This document shows positions 63,034 through 64,000 of a stretch of DNA of 64,000 bases, piece after piece; position 1 is the first letter of the stretch; every line of letters starts with the position of its first letter. The DNA comes from Marsupella aquatica. Taxonomy: Eukaryota; Plantae; Marchantiophyta. Under the pieces are notes generated by a model that was given only the letters and a program-made list of their open reading frames with translations, ran no database searches and had not been told where the DNA came from. Location of the stretch: assembly GCA_973895155.1 (NCBI GenBank), contig OZ316893.1, positions 6,968,963 to 7,032,962 of the forward strand, given 5' to 3'. The translations under genes were made by a program, and so were the position numbers.

Positions 63034-64000
63034 TGTTAGATATTGCTCTAGTCTTGTGACTCATGAACTAACTACAGTTAGGCTAACTTGGGTTGGGACT
63101 TAGCTAATGTTAGCGGTAGTGCTGTTGTGCATATAGCCAGGGCTGATACCAGACCCTGGTGGAACTTAGGCTCATTGTTACGGAGTTAGTTGAGAGATAG
63201 GGAGAGCTTGTGCTGTGGATGCTTGGTATGGCCGGTAGGCCTAGAGTGCAGTAAAGTTCTTGTGTGTTCCCGTGGACGTAGCCTCATGTGGAGGTGAAAC
63301 ACGTATTTCTCTGTGTCAACTCTTGTGCATTGGATGGTTCATGGGCTTGCAGTTGCGAATGTCGTCTATGCTCAACAAGTGGTATCAGAGCATGCCTAGG
63401 AGGTGACGAGGTTTTCTCATGACAGGTTCTTTCCAGCGTTCATTGTCGATGGTACATTCGGAGTTTCGTCGCATGAAACTCGAATGTGTGTGGCTGTGCG
63501 GATAGGTTAGTGAGAGGGCATTCTAACGGTGGTTAGAACTCGTTGATCGGTATCCGTGGTGCGGAGGAATTGAAGTTTGCGTCGTTCAGGGGTTATTCAT
63601 GTTCGACTTTATTTCGGGGGAGAGACCAGAGTTTGAGTTTTTCAACGGTGTGAGCTGTGCGATGCAGGAGGGATTGCACAATATAGCTCAAGTTGAAGGT
63701 TTATGCGAGCTGATCATTTCAGTAGCTGGATTGCTGCCGAGTTGTTACCGAGTGCGTCGTGACGAGTGAAGGAGACGTTCAGGTTTATGGAACTTGTTCT
63801 CATCTGAACCCGGTTTCTCTTCGTGACGTCCTACTCGATGAAAGAAACGCGAAGTGCTATGGCTCAACGGTTCAATTTCCTCACTTAAAACGGCGGCAAT
63901 TAGGTGAGTCTTTTCTTCACTTTTCCCGGGGGAGTATTTTTGGCATTTTAAGGGGGTTTAAAGGGCCAATATTTTTGTTGTGCACTCCCTCCCTTCGGCC
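63034..64000 (+). mobile_element. 5' part of a second LTR retrotransposon (probably copia): LTR 63034-63377, PBS 63380-63391, UTR running off the window
   Basis: TGTTAG...CAACA followed by a perfect TGGTATCAGAGC; the LTR is homologous to the solo LTR at 33128-33472. Confidence 0.9.

Overview
Eukaryotic nuclear DNA from a land plant; a non-seed plant is my inference from the element and gene repertoire. The window is gene-poor and transposon-rich. It has three intact-looking genes, all on the minus strand: an AP2/ERF transcription factor (2476-3579), a 5-exon secreted GDSL esterase/lipase (15572-18985) and an intronless, signal-peptide-bearing enoyl-CoA hydratase/crotonase that looks microbial (60912-61847). 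Relics include an intronless MO25/CAB39 pseudogene and probable receptor-kinase fragments. Mobile DNA includes a full-length Ty1/copia element with identical LTRs but a wrecked gag-pol, the 5' part of a second LTR element, three solo LTRs, a pogo-like MITE, other MITE-like families and minisatellite-bearing Helitron-like elements, two of which form an inverted pair. The most notable element is a CRE/SLACS-like restriction-endonuclease (RLE) non-LTR retrotransposon with a 186-bp tandem array at its 5' end. All calls are by eye from motifs; no database searches were run.
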